Origin: Octopus bimaculoides
Taxonomy: Eukaryota
Assembly (NCBI RefSeq): GCF_001194135.2
Contig: NC_069001.1
Location: 9,743,802-9,807,801 of the forward strand
Direction of reading: 5' to 3'
Length of the DNA stretch: 64,000 nt
Below are positions 49,280 to 62,070 of this stretch, one piece after another. The position numbers and the translations under genes are program-made. The notes below the pieces were generated by a model that saw only the letters and a program-made list of their open reading frames with translations, did not search any database and was not told where the DNA came from. Every line of letters starts with the position of its first letter. Position 1 is the stretch's first letter.

Positions 49280-49478
49280 CTCAACTGTTCCTTATTTTAT
49301 TGACCCGAGAGGATAAAAGATAAAGTTGACCTCTCCAGAATTTGAACTCAGAACGAGAAAGCGGATAAAATGGCATTAAGCATCCCCACCCCGTCGTGCT
49401 AAAGATACTTCCAAGCTCCCCACCTGCCTCATTATGCATGGGATGACACAATATATACATATATATATATATATGTAC

Positions 49479-49517
<39 letters not shown>

Positions 49518-49670
49518 CTTTGTGTTTGTCTCCAACATCGCTTGAGAATCGGTGTTGGTGTGTTTCCGTCCTCTGTAACTTAGTCGTTCGGCCATAGGTA
49601 GCGGTATATAAGCACTGTGGTTAATTAGTTCGAATAATGTCCTGAAGGCGGTGCCCCAGCATGGCTGATG
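49280..49670. mobile_element. SINE A fragment (minus, 49280-49420) plus SINE B 3' half (plus, 49495-49670)
   Basis: GAATTTGAACTCAGAACG; CCAACATCGCTTGAGAATCGGTGTTGG...GGCGGTGCCCCAGCATGGC. Confidence 0.7.
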
Positions 49671-49695
49671 TAGTCTGATAAATTAAACACAAAAG

Positions 49696-49730
<35 letters not shown>

Positions 49731-50544
49731 CACACATGCGCGCGTCTATGTTTTTGTATGTGCGTGTATGCGCGAGTGTATGCGTGCTTGCGTTCGAATG
49801 TGTGTGTGTTGAGGTCACGTCACAAGTATTATCCAATGGAGAGGAAAGGCTGCTACTTCATTTTAATCGAGGAAATTAACCTGTTAATCAAGCTCAATGA
49901 ATTAGAATCAACGACGCCTGAAATTCACGTGAGACGGTTTAAAATCATGGAAAAGTAGGCCGGATATGGAGCAGTTGTAGGTCAGGCTGAAAGAATCAAC
50001 TCATCATTAACGCCTAATTAGTAACAGCTTTGGCTCTTCTGTTTCTTTCTGTGTCATTCTTTGATCTTTCAAATTGGGACAACTTCTCTTTTATTCTCAT
50101 TTGAGAATTACGCATAAAAATTCTTTCGACTACTTAAATTTATTAGATGAATTATAAAACATGCGTACTCGACAGCATTTGCACGCACTTTATCGCACTC
50201 AATCATATAGAACTAAAAACATACATATATGAATACAAATATGCATAGATGCTCAAACGTGCTATTATCACAAAATAATGTAAGTGGTTACATACATACA
50301 TACATACATATATACATACATACATACATACATACGTACATACATGAAACAGAACATACCAATCTGCACGTAAACATACAGAAATGCATACCATGTTTGT
50401 ATTGAATTTCCAATAAGGGAGCCTTGGATCTAGGTTAGAAACCGACTCTTTCTCTAGTGGCTAGAAATTTTAAGATAAAACTGTATAATGACATACATAC
50501 ATACAAACATACATACATACATACATACAAACAGATAGACAGAT

Positions 50545-50747
50545 GTAGTAGTTTATGTGTGGTAAGAAGCTTACTTCCCAACCACATGGTTCCGGGTTCA
50601 GTCCCACTGCATGGCACCTTGAGCAAGTGTCTTCTACTATAGCCTCGTGCCAACCAAAACCTTGTGAGTGGATTTGGTAGACGGAAACGAAACTAAAACA
50701 CCGGTCGACAAGCGGTGATGGTAAGGACACACACACACAAATATATA

Positions 50748-50784
<37 letters not shown>

Positions 50785-50910
50785 ACCAAATCCTCTTTGG
50801 TCGGCCTGAGGCTATAGTAGAAGACACTTCCCCAAGGTGCCACACAGCAGGACTGAACCCGGAACAATGTGACTGGAAAGCAAGCTTCTGCCCATGGAGC
50901 CACACCTGCG
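50545..50910. mobile_element. Two family B 5' halves in inverted orientation around a microsatellite
   Basis: Plus copy ~50545-50690 and minus copy ~50780-50910 share the head-to-CAAA..CTTG segment. Confidence 0.85.
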
Positions 50911-51864
50911 CATATATAGATATATATATATAAAGTCTAATGACCTTATACTAATTTATTCAATGTTGGCATGAAATTAAACAGCAGAAACATAACAGCA
51001 TTTTCTCAGATTATTCATTTGACACTTGCCATAAAAATAACGTCTGTATATGCACATTTTCCGATTCAGTGCTTCTCAAACATTTTCAACCACCATGTGT
51101 ATAATATAACAGGCATGTTATATGTTAACTAACACAACATGAATATCCCCTTTATGGAAGAATTAGTCATATACATATTCTAAGTCGCATAAAACGCCGC
51201 TTATATCACAACACGTGTTGTGTCCTTAACTACTAAAACTCAATCTTATTTTCCCTGTATATCCTCCATATAACTTTTTATCTATTTAATTTTCGGAGTT
51301 AACTTCCTTGCCACTCTTTTGATAAATCGTTATTCGTGCTAATGACTGTTTTTTAATTACGATTAAATTCATTAAATTTTACTTTTTTTGCTCTGCATAT
51401 TAGCAGACGCTTTACAAAATTACATGTCTAAATTCCGTCTATATTAGAGGATGAAGTATGTGCTAATAAGTATCTCATTGAAATATTTGTATGGTTTTTT
51501 TTTGGTGGATTAAGCGTTAACTAACAAATGTCTCTCGAGAGAACACGTTGTATCGCGTGTCAGTTAAGCCCATAATCGCTAAATCCAAAACGAACTCGAC
51601 CCTGTTCTATTTACTGAGCTAAGGTCAGCAAAATACCTCAATAAGGAATATATTACACAACTTCTATTTGCTCCGTTATTAAATCAATGAAGTAATCCAT
51701 TGTTCACAAAAGACTCATACAGTCGACAATATGTATCGTCTGCTACGTGGCATATTTATATGAACCGAAGAATTAAATGAGTAAAGACAGCAATTATATA
51801 ATAGAAACATTATACAATACAGTTTCCAAATCATCAGATATTGTGAGATCGTATTTTAACTACC

Positions 51865-52020
51865 ACGTGTGTTTACGTCCCCGTAAACTAGCGGTTCGGC
51901 AAAAAGTGACCGATAGAATAAGTACTAGGCTTACAAAGAATAAGTCCTGGGGTCGATTTGCTCGACTAAAGGTGGTGCCTCAGCATGGCCGCAGTAAAAT
52001 GACTGAAACAAGTAAAAAAG
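51865..52020 (+). mobile_element. SINE family B 3' half
   Basis: GTGTTTACGTCCCCGTAA...GAATAAGTACTAGGCTTACAAAGAATAAGTCCTGGGG...GACTGAAACAAGT. Confidence 0.9.
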
Positions 52021-52035
52021 AGATCCTATTAGTTG

Positions 52036-52131
52036 GTACTATTAAGTTTGGACAAATTTATTCAGGGAATACTAGATAATCCATTTATACCTGGATACAT
52101 GTCAGTAAATAGCAACACCTTACTTGGATGA
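52036..52131 (+). mobile_element. Probable LINE ORF2 extreme C-terminus
   Basis: LSLDKFIQGILDNPFIPGYMSVNSNTLLG* resembles the LDKFLxxIPDxPxxPGYxxxxxNSL ending of CR1/L2-group invertebrate LINEs (from memory). Confidence 0.5.
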
Positions 52132-52342
52132 GCCATGATACAAGACCTGACTTTAGCAGATCCTTCAGGCAGTGCTATCAAGGTAGACATTACTGGACCA
52201 TTCTTTGGCTGTAACGTATCTAAGTTATATAAGATATTATTATCTATCCCACCTTCTCTGATCCCTCTTTTCACAAGTCACCACTGTCAGCTTTGTCTTT
52301 CATGCTACCGGCGTTCGATAAACAAATAGAATAGCTAATACA

Positions 52343-52625
52343 GTTCTATATCTAAGAGAAGAGGAATTATGTACATTATTTACATCATTTACATTATTTA
52401 CATTTGACAGATATTTGTCCTCATCTTGTTTGTTGTTAACATAAAGTTTCGGCTGATATGCCCTCCAGCCTTTATCAGGTGTCTTGGGGAAATTTCGAAC
52501 CTGGGCTGTCATTCCCCAAGGCATCTGATGAAGGCTGGAGGGCATATCAGCCGACACGTTGTGTTGACAACAAACGAGATGAGGACAAATATCCGTCTAA
52601 TGTAAATCATGTAAATAATGTAAAT
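52343..52625. mobile_element. Palindromic pair of family D 3' ends
   Basis: Arms ~52372-52490 and ~52513-52625 are reverse complements around a ~22-bp spacer. Each arm carries a damaged hammerhead. Confidence 0.9.
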
Positions 52626-52846
52626 AGAATAGTTGTAGTGCACTGTGTTCGATCCTTATTTTTCTCAACAAATACTGAGAGTCAACCTGGAGAAGGATGG
52701 GTTCTGCCGCCTTTAAAATGTCTTAGATACCCTGTATGAACAGTAAACACGGGGCCCTTGAATCTCCACCAAGAGTTACGAATTCTTAAAATAACCTTCT
52801 ATCTTTTAATTAAAGATGCCTAAAATTTTCAATATATGGGAGATTA

Positions 52847-53075
52847 TAGGCGGCGAGCTGGCAGAATCGTTAGCAGGGGTGGAGGGTGGGGCAAAATGCT
52901 TAGCTGCATTTCAACCATCTTTACGTTCTGAGTTCAAATACCAGCGGGGTCGACGACGCTTTTCATTTTTTCAGGATCGATAAAATAAAGTACCAATTGA
53001 ACACTAGCGTTGATGTAATCAACTTACCCCCACTCCCACCTGAAATTGCTGCCCTTGTGCCAAAATTTGAAACTA
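52847..53075 (+). mobile_element. SINE family A
   Basis: GGCGGCGAGCTGGCAGAATCGTTAGC...GAGTTCAAATA...TTGTGCCAAAATTTGAAAC. Confidence 0.88.
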
Positions 53076-53397
53076 ATGTACGGCATAATTGGACGGTATT
53101 TCTAAAGGAACGATACACACACACACACACACACACATTCTGTCCCTTAATGAAGGTTTTAAATATATTTTAGCGTTTGTGAGATGTGTGTGCCTGTCGG
53201 CTCCCGACATCGTTTGCAGTGTAAACAAAGAAGTCTGCGATTAAAGTGACAGCTAAAACCAATGCTTTTACCATTCCATATATCATGGATCATTACAGAA
53301 ACTCCATTTAGAAATTATTTCCGATAACAGATTCGCGCCAAAGATGTACATCCGGGACCTTCACTTTATTTTCTTTATTTACTTCAGTCTGCACATT

Positions 53398-53730
53398 TTG
53401 TTGTTGTTGTTGGTGGTGGTGTTGTTGCTGGTGTTGTTGCTGTTGTTGTTGTTGTTGTTGTAGTTGCTGTTGTTGTAAAAGGTTATTTCGATTTTATTTC
53501 GTCGAATTCCATTATTGTAATTGTTACGGTTACTGTTGTTCTTGTAGTTGTTGCAGTTAGATGGTGATGATGATGACGACGTGGACGTTGCAGTAGATGA
53601 TGATGATGATGCTGATGATGACGATGATGATGAGAATGATGATGATGACGACGATGACGATGTTGCAATAAATGACGATGATGGTACTGCATCAGGGCAT
53701 TATTATTATTATTATTGGTAGTAGTAGTAG
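53398..53730. repeat. (GTT)n, (GAT/GAC)n, (TTA)n and (GTA)n microsatellites
   Basis: Directly visible. Confidence 0.9.
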
Positions 53731-54078
53731 TAGCGCTTGCAGTTTGTTGTTGCTGGCAGAATAAAACACTATGCCCCCAATTGCCGCGCAGTGGGATCGA
53801 TCAAGGACCTCATGATTGCAATGCCAGCTCCCTAACCACAATGATATAACTGCATCGATGTTATAACAATAATAAAGAATAAATTCATTAAGAGCAAAAA
53901 TCACATCGGTCAAGAAGGACGATCTCACGGTGTAGCTCGATGTGCTAGAAATAACAGTCATATTTTTTGTCTAATTAACAACTCTAAGTATCACAGATTA
54001 ATATTAAATCGAATAATCTAGCATCTTAAGTGAAGGACGTATTAACAAATATGTTTGAAAATTGAGGGATAAGTACAG

Positions 54079-54449
54079 ATGGAGATGATGATCGAACCTT
54101 GGGTAAAGGTGGATGCTGCTGGAAGGTTATATGTGTGGCAACAGGATTCAGCGCCTTGATTTATCACAGGGAAGAGTCATGAATCATTAGTGGAGAATTT
54201 CTACACTTTCACCAGCTGCAGTTTCTGGCCACCTAATAACCAGGTTTGTAATAACCATGAATTATTATGAATGCAGTGCGGTTGAGAAAGTCACCACCTG
54301 CTCTGTCTGCAAATATGAAGGTCGAGCTGGTGGCTATTATCAACAAGGTGTTCAAAGATTTCCCGATGGGTACTGTGGGGAATGCAAGCACAAGATTCGG
54401 GAGCCGTCTTGAGGCCGTGCTGGAAACTGAGGGCGACTACGTGGTTTAG
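54079..54449 (+). mobile_element. Decayed Tc1/mariner DD37D (maT-like) transposase C-terminal third
   Basis: IEPWVKVDAAGRLYVWQQDSAP*...ENFYTFTSCSFWPPN, a frameshift, then KVELVAIINKVFKDFPMGTVGNASTRFGSRLEAVLETEGDYVV*. Matches the QQDSAP...WPPNSPD...RFRSRLEAVxxxEG pattern. Confidence 0.8.
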
Positions 54450-54829
54450 ACTGTTACTACCACCCACAATCTAGGTGATTTTTAATTTTTTTAAACGCCT
54501 TTATTTTTGCATGTTGCGTTTTATTTTCTCTTAATGTAAGCTGTTAAGTTTAGCTCGAACACACTATAGGTGTGTGCCGTGTGTGTGTGTGTTTATGTGT
54601 GTGTGTGTGTGTGTGTTTATGTGTGTGTGTTTATGTGTGTGTGTGTGTGTGTGTGTGTTTATGTGTGTGTGTTAGAGTGTGTGTGTGTGTGTGTTCGCAA
54701 ATTAATCATCATCGCATACAGCTGTTTCAATTATTACTCAGTAAATATTAAATATTAAATTTATATGACCTGAGCGTAAAATCTTCAGAGAGAAAGAAAT
54801 ATAACCTTGGATATTTTATATGTGTTTAT

Positions 54830-55057
54830 TATAGATAGGTAGGTAGATAGATAGATAGATACATAGATACACAGACAGACGGACGAACAGAAAGAGAGAT
54901 AGATAGACAAACAGACAGACAGACAGAAAAATAGGTAGATAGATAGACAGGTAGGTTGGTAGATAGATAGACAGATAGATAAATACATGGATAGATAAGT
55001 AGATAGACAGACAGACGAACGGAAACAGAGATAGATAGACAGACAAACAGACAAACC

Positions 55058-55089
<32 letters not shown>

Positions 55090-55105
55090 TACAGATAGAT
55101 AGATT
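54830..55105. repeat. (GATA)n/(GACA)n tetranucleotide tract
   Basis: Directly visible. Confidence 0.9.
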
Positions 55106-55640
55106 GTTATAAATGCATATTTATATAATATATGCATGTTTTACTCTTCGTTAAACCATTACAACAGTTTCACCGTTGTAAATCCTGAATTTTCTTACAC
55201 CTGAAGAATGTCGACATTAGTTAGAAATCCAAATGGGGCAGGGTACTCAACCCAAAGCTCGGGTGGAGTCTTGCGTTGGAAATACCTCATTTCTCTCCAC
55301 TCCCAGGACCTTATATTTCTGCCCCATACGGAATACACACATTGCAGTTTTGAACACAAACACACACATACACATCCACACAAACACACACACACACACA
55401 CATAAATATACATGGGGTTAGATGAGGACTGTAGAGTGTTAGTTACTGTTAGAAGTTCAGTATCCTCTATGATTAGTCAACGTTCAGTTTCCCACCATTA
55501 ACGGCAACGAAACGGATTAGGTTTCAACTGCAAATATGTAGTTTGTAATTTAAATAGCCCCAGGAAATTATTGTAAATTTAATTAAAACGTCGTTGTAAG
55601 TACTTCGAAACAGATTATATGTGTGTGTGTATGTGTATGA

Positions 55641-55675
<35 letters not shown>

Positions 55676-56449
55676 NNNNNNNNNNNNNNNNNNNNNNNNN
55701 NNNNNNNNNNNNNNNNNNNNNNNNNNNNNNNNNNNNNNNNNNNNNNNNNNNNNNNNNNNNNNNNNNNNNNNNNNNNNNNNNNNNNNNNNNNNNNNNNNNN
55801 NNNNNNNNNNNNNNNNNNNNNNNNNNNNNNNNNNNNNNNNNNNNNNNNNNNNNNNNNNNNNNNNNNNNNNNNNNNNNNNNNNNNNNNNNNNNNNNNNNNN
55901 NNNNNNNNNNNNNNNNNNNNNNNNNNNNNNNNNNNNNNNNNNNNNNNNNNNNNNNNNNNNNNNNNNNNNNNNNNNNNNNNNNNNNNNNNNNNNNNNNNNN
56001 NNNNNNNNNNNNNNNNNNNNNNNNNNNNNNNNNNNNNNNNNNNNNNNNNNNNNNNNNNNNNNNNNNNNNNNNNNNNNNNNNNNNNNNNNNNNNNNNNNNN
56101 NNNNNNNNNNNNNNNNNNNNNNNNNNNNNNNNNNNNNNNNNNNNNNNNNNNNNNNNNNNNNNNNNNNNNNNNNNNNNNNNNNNNNNNNNNNNNNNNNNNN
56201 NNNNNNNNNNNNNNNNNNNNNNNNNNNNNNNNNNNNNNNNNNNNNNNNNNNNNNNNNNNNNNNNNNNNNNNNNNNNNNNNNNNNNNNNNNNNNNNNNNNN
56301 NNNNNNNNNNNNNNNNNNNNNNNNNNNNNNNNNNNNNNNNNNNNNNNNNNNNNNNNNNNNNNNNNNNNNNNNNNNNNNNNNNNNNNNNNNNNNNNNNNNN
56401 NNNNNNNNNNNNNNNNNNNNNNNNNNNNNNNNNNNNNNNNNNNNNNNNN

Positions 56450-56486
<37 letters not shown>

Positions 56487-56593
56487 TATAAGTTTACATA
56501 CGGTATGTGTGTACACCGCTTGTATTATATTTGTATATTTATACGTTTAATGTTATATATGCTTATCCACACACGTACACATTCGCACGCGCG

Positions 56594-56626
<33 letters not shown>

Positions 56627-56630
56627 GTAT

Positions 56631-56673
<43 letters not shown>

Positions 56674-57330
56674 AATATGTATATGCATATACGGGTGTTG
56701 CTAGGTATATATAGCTTTATACACACTCATACGAGTACAAATATATGTATGGACATATCGTACGCACATACTCATATATACGCATATATAGAATTAATCA
56801 TATGTAATATAATACTTTAAATATGGATCATTATTAAATGCATTTATTTATACGTGAGAAAGAAAGAAAGATTGAGAGAAAGGCAGAGAGGGGGGAGAGA
56901 AAGAGAGAGAGAGAACAAGAATGTAGTATGTAGATATATACATACTTTGAATATATCAGCAACAGTATTATCATAATGATTAATTGCTGCATCTCACACA
57001 CACAGACACGCATACACACACGCCGCGTATACACACACATACACACACACACTCGTATATGTACGTATGCATACATACGCGAGCGCTCGCACACACAACT
57101 ATGTTTATTCATATGTGTGTTGTTTGTGAGCGTATATCTGTGTGTATACATTGAAATAGAGTGAAAATTTACTGCTCATTACGAGAAGGAAAAATTAATT
57201 TTATTTATAAATATCAATATATATTATATATATCTGTGGAATCAAGTATCTACGCACACAGAGCACATATATGTCACATATATACATACATATATAATCG
57301 TATATGTACACGTATAACTATATAACTGTG

Positions 57331-57365
<35 letters not shown>

Positions 57366-57478
57366 AGATAGACAGATAGATAGATACAGTCATATATATA
57401 TATACATACAGACATATATATAAATATATATATGTATGTATACATGTATGTGTGTATCCATCTGTATATCTAACTATG

Positions 57479-57535
<57 letters not shown>

Positions 57536-58089
57536 GTATTATATTCATAAGTATATTTTGTATATGTATATATTTTCTCTCGTTCTGGTCTAACGGCTCC
57601 CCATGTTTGTTTTCGTTCGGTTTCCTGGTATGTCTCCATTGTCTTATTTTTCTCCCCGACGTTGACCCTCTATAACTCCTAAACTTTATTTTAGAATTTA
57701 CGGATGCAACTGTCTTTGAAGNNNNNNNNNNNNNNNNNNNNNNNNNNNNNNNNNNNNNNNNNNNNNNNNNNNNNNNNNNNNNNNNNNNNNNNNNNNNNNN
57801 NNNNNNNNNNNNNNNNNNNNNCACGGACACTCACGTATACATACATTGACAGATACAGTACTGTCGCTAATATATATATACTCATGAAAATAAACGATTA
57901 TGTAATCCGCAGGAAATCTGTGATAATATCGTATCAATTATATATTTCACTTGCAGGGGGTGTATACAAAAGGAGAGCCAACGCTTAATGATGTAGATAC
58001 GAATTTTATAGCGTATAATTAATTAGAAATTAGTTTTATGTATCATCCGATATCTAGTGTATCGACCCTGACTCTTGTTCTCTCATTGC

Positions 58090-58740
58090 CGTAGCAGGAA
58101 CACACAGACACACGCATACAGGCGCATACACATACGCAAGCATACATGCGCTCGAACACACAAATAAACACATACATATCGCGTACGCACATACACACAC
58201 ATATACAGAAGCATGCACGCACACTGACACACAGACATGTACAAACACATTGCCAACGCACATATACACACATACACAAGCATACGCACATACACACACA
58301 TACTCAAGCACACACACACACATACACACACACACACACACATATCACGCACCTACATACACTTACACACATGAGCATACGCGCGCACACACATATCGCG
58401 CGCGTACACATACCTACACAAGCATACGCGCGTACAGAAACATGGACACGCACACACATATACATACATCACATACATACATACGTGCATTCAACAACCT
58501 TTACACACACACAACGCACATAGACACACATACACAACCCTTACCCCACACATGTTCACACGCATCACACAGTCGCACAACCACACTCTCATAAGCATTG
58601 CACAGAAATGGTAACATACGCATCATACTCAAAATATGTTCCCAGAATTAATTAGATCTACACATGTGTGGATATCTGCACATTTCGACATCCACACACA
58701 CAAACACATAAAGACACACGCACACACATATATATATATA
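58090..58740. repeat. Degenerate (CA)n-rich low-complexity tract
   Basis: Directly visible; it accounts for the His/Thr and Cys/Val ORFs in the track. Confidence 0.9.
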
Positions 58741-58966
58741 TCATATATATATATATATATAACATTCGCCATGCATCCTCTTCCAAGTAAGTTTTAATAA
58801 TTCGGATGCGCACTCTATACGATCTTTTTACTCTTTCGCTTTTCTCAATTTTTCTCTCTCTTATTCTTTTACTTCCCCTTCTCCCACTATTCTATCCTAT
58901 TGCTCTGTCACTCTCTCACCCTCCCACCTCCTCCATTGTTCACGTGGCACACCCCTGACCATAGGT

Positions 58967-59329
58967 CATCTTTGTTTCTTTCTCTCTGTTGTTGCTGGAA
59001 CAAGGAAGACTTGTTCTTGTTTGTCTCCTGTCCTAGCTTGATTTACGCGTTCGCCACCACAACCTCGTTTAGGCCTTCCTGTTTGTTTTCACTGTCCAGT
59101 TTGTGTTACCTACTTTGACCCTCTGCAAAATCCCAAATTTTATTTAATTTGCTTTGCGAGAGCAACTGTTTTATCAAAAGCGTATATTTTTGTTAAATGC
59201 TGGAAATACGAGACTAGAAAAACAGCCAACAACTAACTGATGAAGGGTCATTCTTCATGTTTGTTTCCTCTTCCATTTGTGTCTTTCGTTGTTCGAAAGA
59301 ATAGTTCATGTTCCACGAATTCGTGCTTC

Positions 59330-59368
<39 letters not shown>

Positions 59369-59390
59369 TTTGTGGTGTACACGTTTCAAG
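58967..59390 (-). repeat. Family G dispersed repeat, copy 2
   Basis: Reverse complement of 38900-39305 with an expanded internal poly-T/A tract. Confidence 0.85.
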
Positions 59391-59629
59391 ACGACATGTC
59401 ATTTGATACTCGTTCAGCTTCGTTACCTTGCCGATTTGTTTCAGATGGCCCAATACAGTTGGAATCGAAACATCAAACCTTGCTGCTAACTCACGCGTAG
59501 TTTGAGATAGATGTATCCTCTTCCATTACAGTTCCCCCCCTCATCAATATCCACTGGGATGATTTTCAAAAGTCATATGCCTCTTGACTAAGAGATTACA
59601 ATCGTACTGTACCATTTATTGTTGTGTTT

Positions 59630-60420
59630 TCAATGCATTTTGTATTGTTTTACGATAAAGTTTTCCTCCATTCTATTCTTAACTCGATTTGAATATCTGT
59701 TGCTGAATAGTGTCTCGTTCAGTCTGAGAACTTCTTTGCTCAAGTTTTTTCTTGGAAAACAATACAAGTGCTATTTTAAGTATAGAATTATCTCACAACT
59801 GACATTTTGTATCTGCACAGACATTTACAGTCTTCATCTAAGTACAGGCATTTATTCATGCCTTTAGTATAGACAGGCATTATCTATCTGAAATATCTAT
59901 ATCTAGAAATACAGTCGGTTTATTGGTGCTAGTTTCATTTTTATTGTCTAGATATTGAATTTTTGATAGACATCTGTTTCCCGTGTCTTCATTTAATTTA
60001 TGGACGTTTTCTTGTTTGTCCCTTACGACTTTCTTCCACTCATTTTAAGTATAGCGTATGTTCACTATTGGTATAGCTTTGTTTTCTATTGTCTTCGAGT
60101 TTAACCCACGAATAGACTCCCAAGTACACATCGCTCTGTTTCTTTGCTTATATATTTTGCCTTTGTTGCGCATCGAAATAATAGACTTGACTTGTATAAG
60201 ACCGGTATATTAGCTAGCTGGTATAATGGACGGTTTTGTTATTGGCTGTTTTGTTCATTACTTAAGAAGGGTTCTATCATTTCTGCTACTCGAACTCTTC
60301 TAAGCACACTTCATCCATCAACTGTAAATACATTGCCTGTTTGATTCGTCTCTTTTGACATCTCTAGCAACTTTTTGATCGACCTTACGGAGTATATCTT
60401 CAGCATATAGTGTTTGATGA
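59630..60420 (-). mobile_element. Decayed Penelope-like reverse transcriptase
   Basis: Colinear motifs across frameshifts: TVDG*SVLRRVRVAEMIE (cf. SLDVESLFTNVPVxETI); FRC..GKIYKQRNRAM..LGSLF (cf. GKxYxQxxGVAMGSPLGxLF); LYLK*VEE (cf. YxRYVDD); TVFLDIDI; VYTK...YL...YKMSVV; LSKEVLRLNETLFSNRY. Confidence 0.7.
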
Positions 60421-60604
60421 TGTTATTTAATTATTGTGTGTTAATGAATATATTTGATAAGTTTTGCGGGGTTAAATTAATGTAAAGAAGAGGTAGAACA
60501 CGGCCTTGTACAAAAATTTAAAATCCAAGAGAGTACAAATAAAACTTCAAGAATTCAAAGACTACATTTCTCAAAATAAACCTAAAAACAAAAAATACCA
60601 GTTG

Positions 60605-60715
60605 TCCTTTCGGCGTCGATGAATTAAGTACTAGTTACGTAGTGGGGTCGATTTAATCGATTTGCTGCCCCTCTCGCAAAAATCTCTAGCCTTGTACCTA
60701 CAGTAGAAAGGGTTA
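60605..60715 (+). mobile_element. SINE family A 3' fragment
   Basis: GTCGATGAATTAAGTACTAG...GGGGTCGATTTAATCGAT...GCCTTGTACCTACAGTAGAAAGG. Confidence 0.75.
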
Positions 60716-61910
60716 TTTGTGTTTCTTTGTCAAAGTTCTTTCGTCACGCATCTTCTGACCTCTTCAACAACCCTCAATCCGAGTTGTCTCCTCTTTTTCT
60801 GTTTATTCTATTTTTAGTTAATCGCTTAGTAAATACTTATTGTTTGAAAGGGAACGGTCATGGCTGTAACGCTTTGATCCTAATCTGCGAAATCGGAACT
60901 TTGCCTGAGGATAGGCTGCAACAATAAAAAAACAGCAACAACAAAAACAAAAACCACAACAACCACGACAGCAACAACAACAGCAGCAGGTACAAGAACA
61001 ACAACAATTACAGTTACGGGGGATATTAAACAAATATGTAAATCTAAACGGGATCGTGAATGAACTATTAAAAAGTAATTGCTCCGAAAACTAATTTACA
61101 TCTGCAGATAGATTTCAAGGAAATGTTCTAAGAGAATTAGTTCATATCTTCGGAAGTAACACAACCTTACGCATAAGAAATCTATTAAAAGATTGCATAC
61201 TTTTTTTCCTTTTCAATTTCCGTTATGTTTTATCATCTTTAATTTTAATTTGTATAAACAAACCGTCGAATGAACTGACTGTTTGTTTTTGCTAAATTGC
61301 TATAATTTGATCACAGTTTAAGCTTCTACGAAGTTCTTTTTAACGCATATACATGTGTATACACAGACCCATTTGTGGCTACTATTAAATTTTTTTATAA
61401 ATACCGCACCTCTAAGGCTTTGAGTGCTTTATTCGTATTGGAGATATCCTTGTTACAAAAACAATATATATCCATATGTATAGATATGTACGTGCATTTG
61501 TGTATAGTAACACATTTTGTTTAAAGCACGTTTTTTATTGAAAACACCATTGTATCCTTGTTTAATCTGTTTTATCAACATTCATTTGTTTGTCTTTGAA
61601 AATGATCCCCGAAGTTTGTTCGGAGTAAGGCTTTTTTGTGGCAAAGTTACTAAGGTCGTTTTTAGCGTGCCTTTTGCGTAGATTTTCCTCAGATTCTGTT
61701 AGGAACTTCCATACATTTCGAATTAGCTTGTCGGCTCTTTAAGAAAGAGAGGTGCTTACGCTAAAAATAATTCGTTATGAAGATATGACTACAAAGAGCT
61801 GGAAACGTTCATGGTGGAACTATAGCGTTTATCGTTCCAAATAGACTGTAAAAAAAACTAAACTGGAAATATGAAGGGGATACACCGTTAAATGATTAAG
61901 CAAGACCATA

Positions 61911-62070
61911 CATAAGTTGGGGTGCTGAAAAATTCCTGGCTTTGGGTAAAAGAAAATACAGGAGGAACAGTTGATTATAATCTTATTCAACATATTCCTC
62001 TCTCAGATTCACACATTTATTGCAACGGCCCTTCAGTTTCTCTAAGCCTTTCCGAAGATCTCGGAAGGTT
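61911..62070 (-). mobile_element. Mariner 3' end (same family as 32582-32802)
   Basis: GGTGCTGAAAAATTCCTGGCTTTGGG TIR-like end; the minus strand encodes RKGLEKLKGRCNKCVNLREEYVE*. Confidence 0.75.

Noticed and set aside
55196-55235. ACACCTGAAGAATGTCGACATT...GAAAT
   Set aside because: GAAA does not directly follow the hairpin and there is no stem I/III partner.
59236-59310. CTGATGAAG...GAAAG in family G as a possible hammerhead
   Set aside because: No convincing stem II, and the second copy (38940-39030) lacks both core strands.
60375-60405. Minus-strand CTGAAGAT...GGTCGATC as a possible PLE hammerhead
   Set aside because: No GAAA and no stem II; it lies in frame within the decayed PLE RT coding region.
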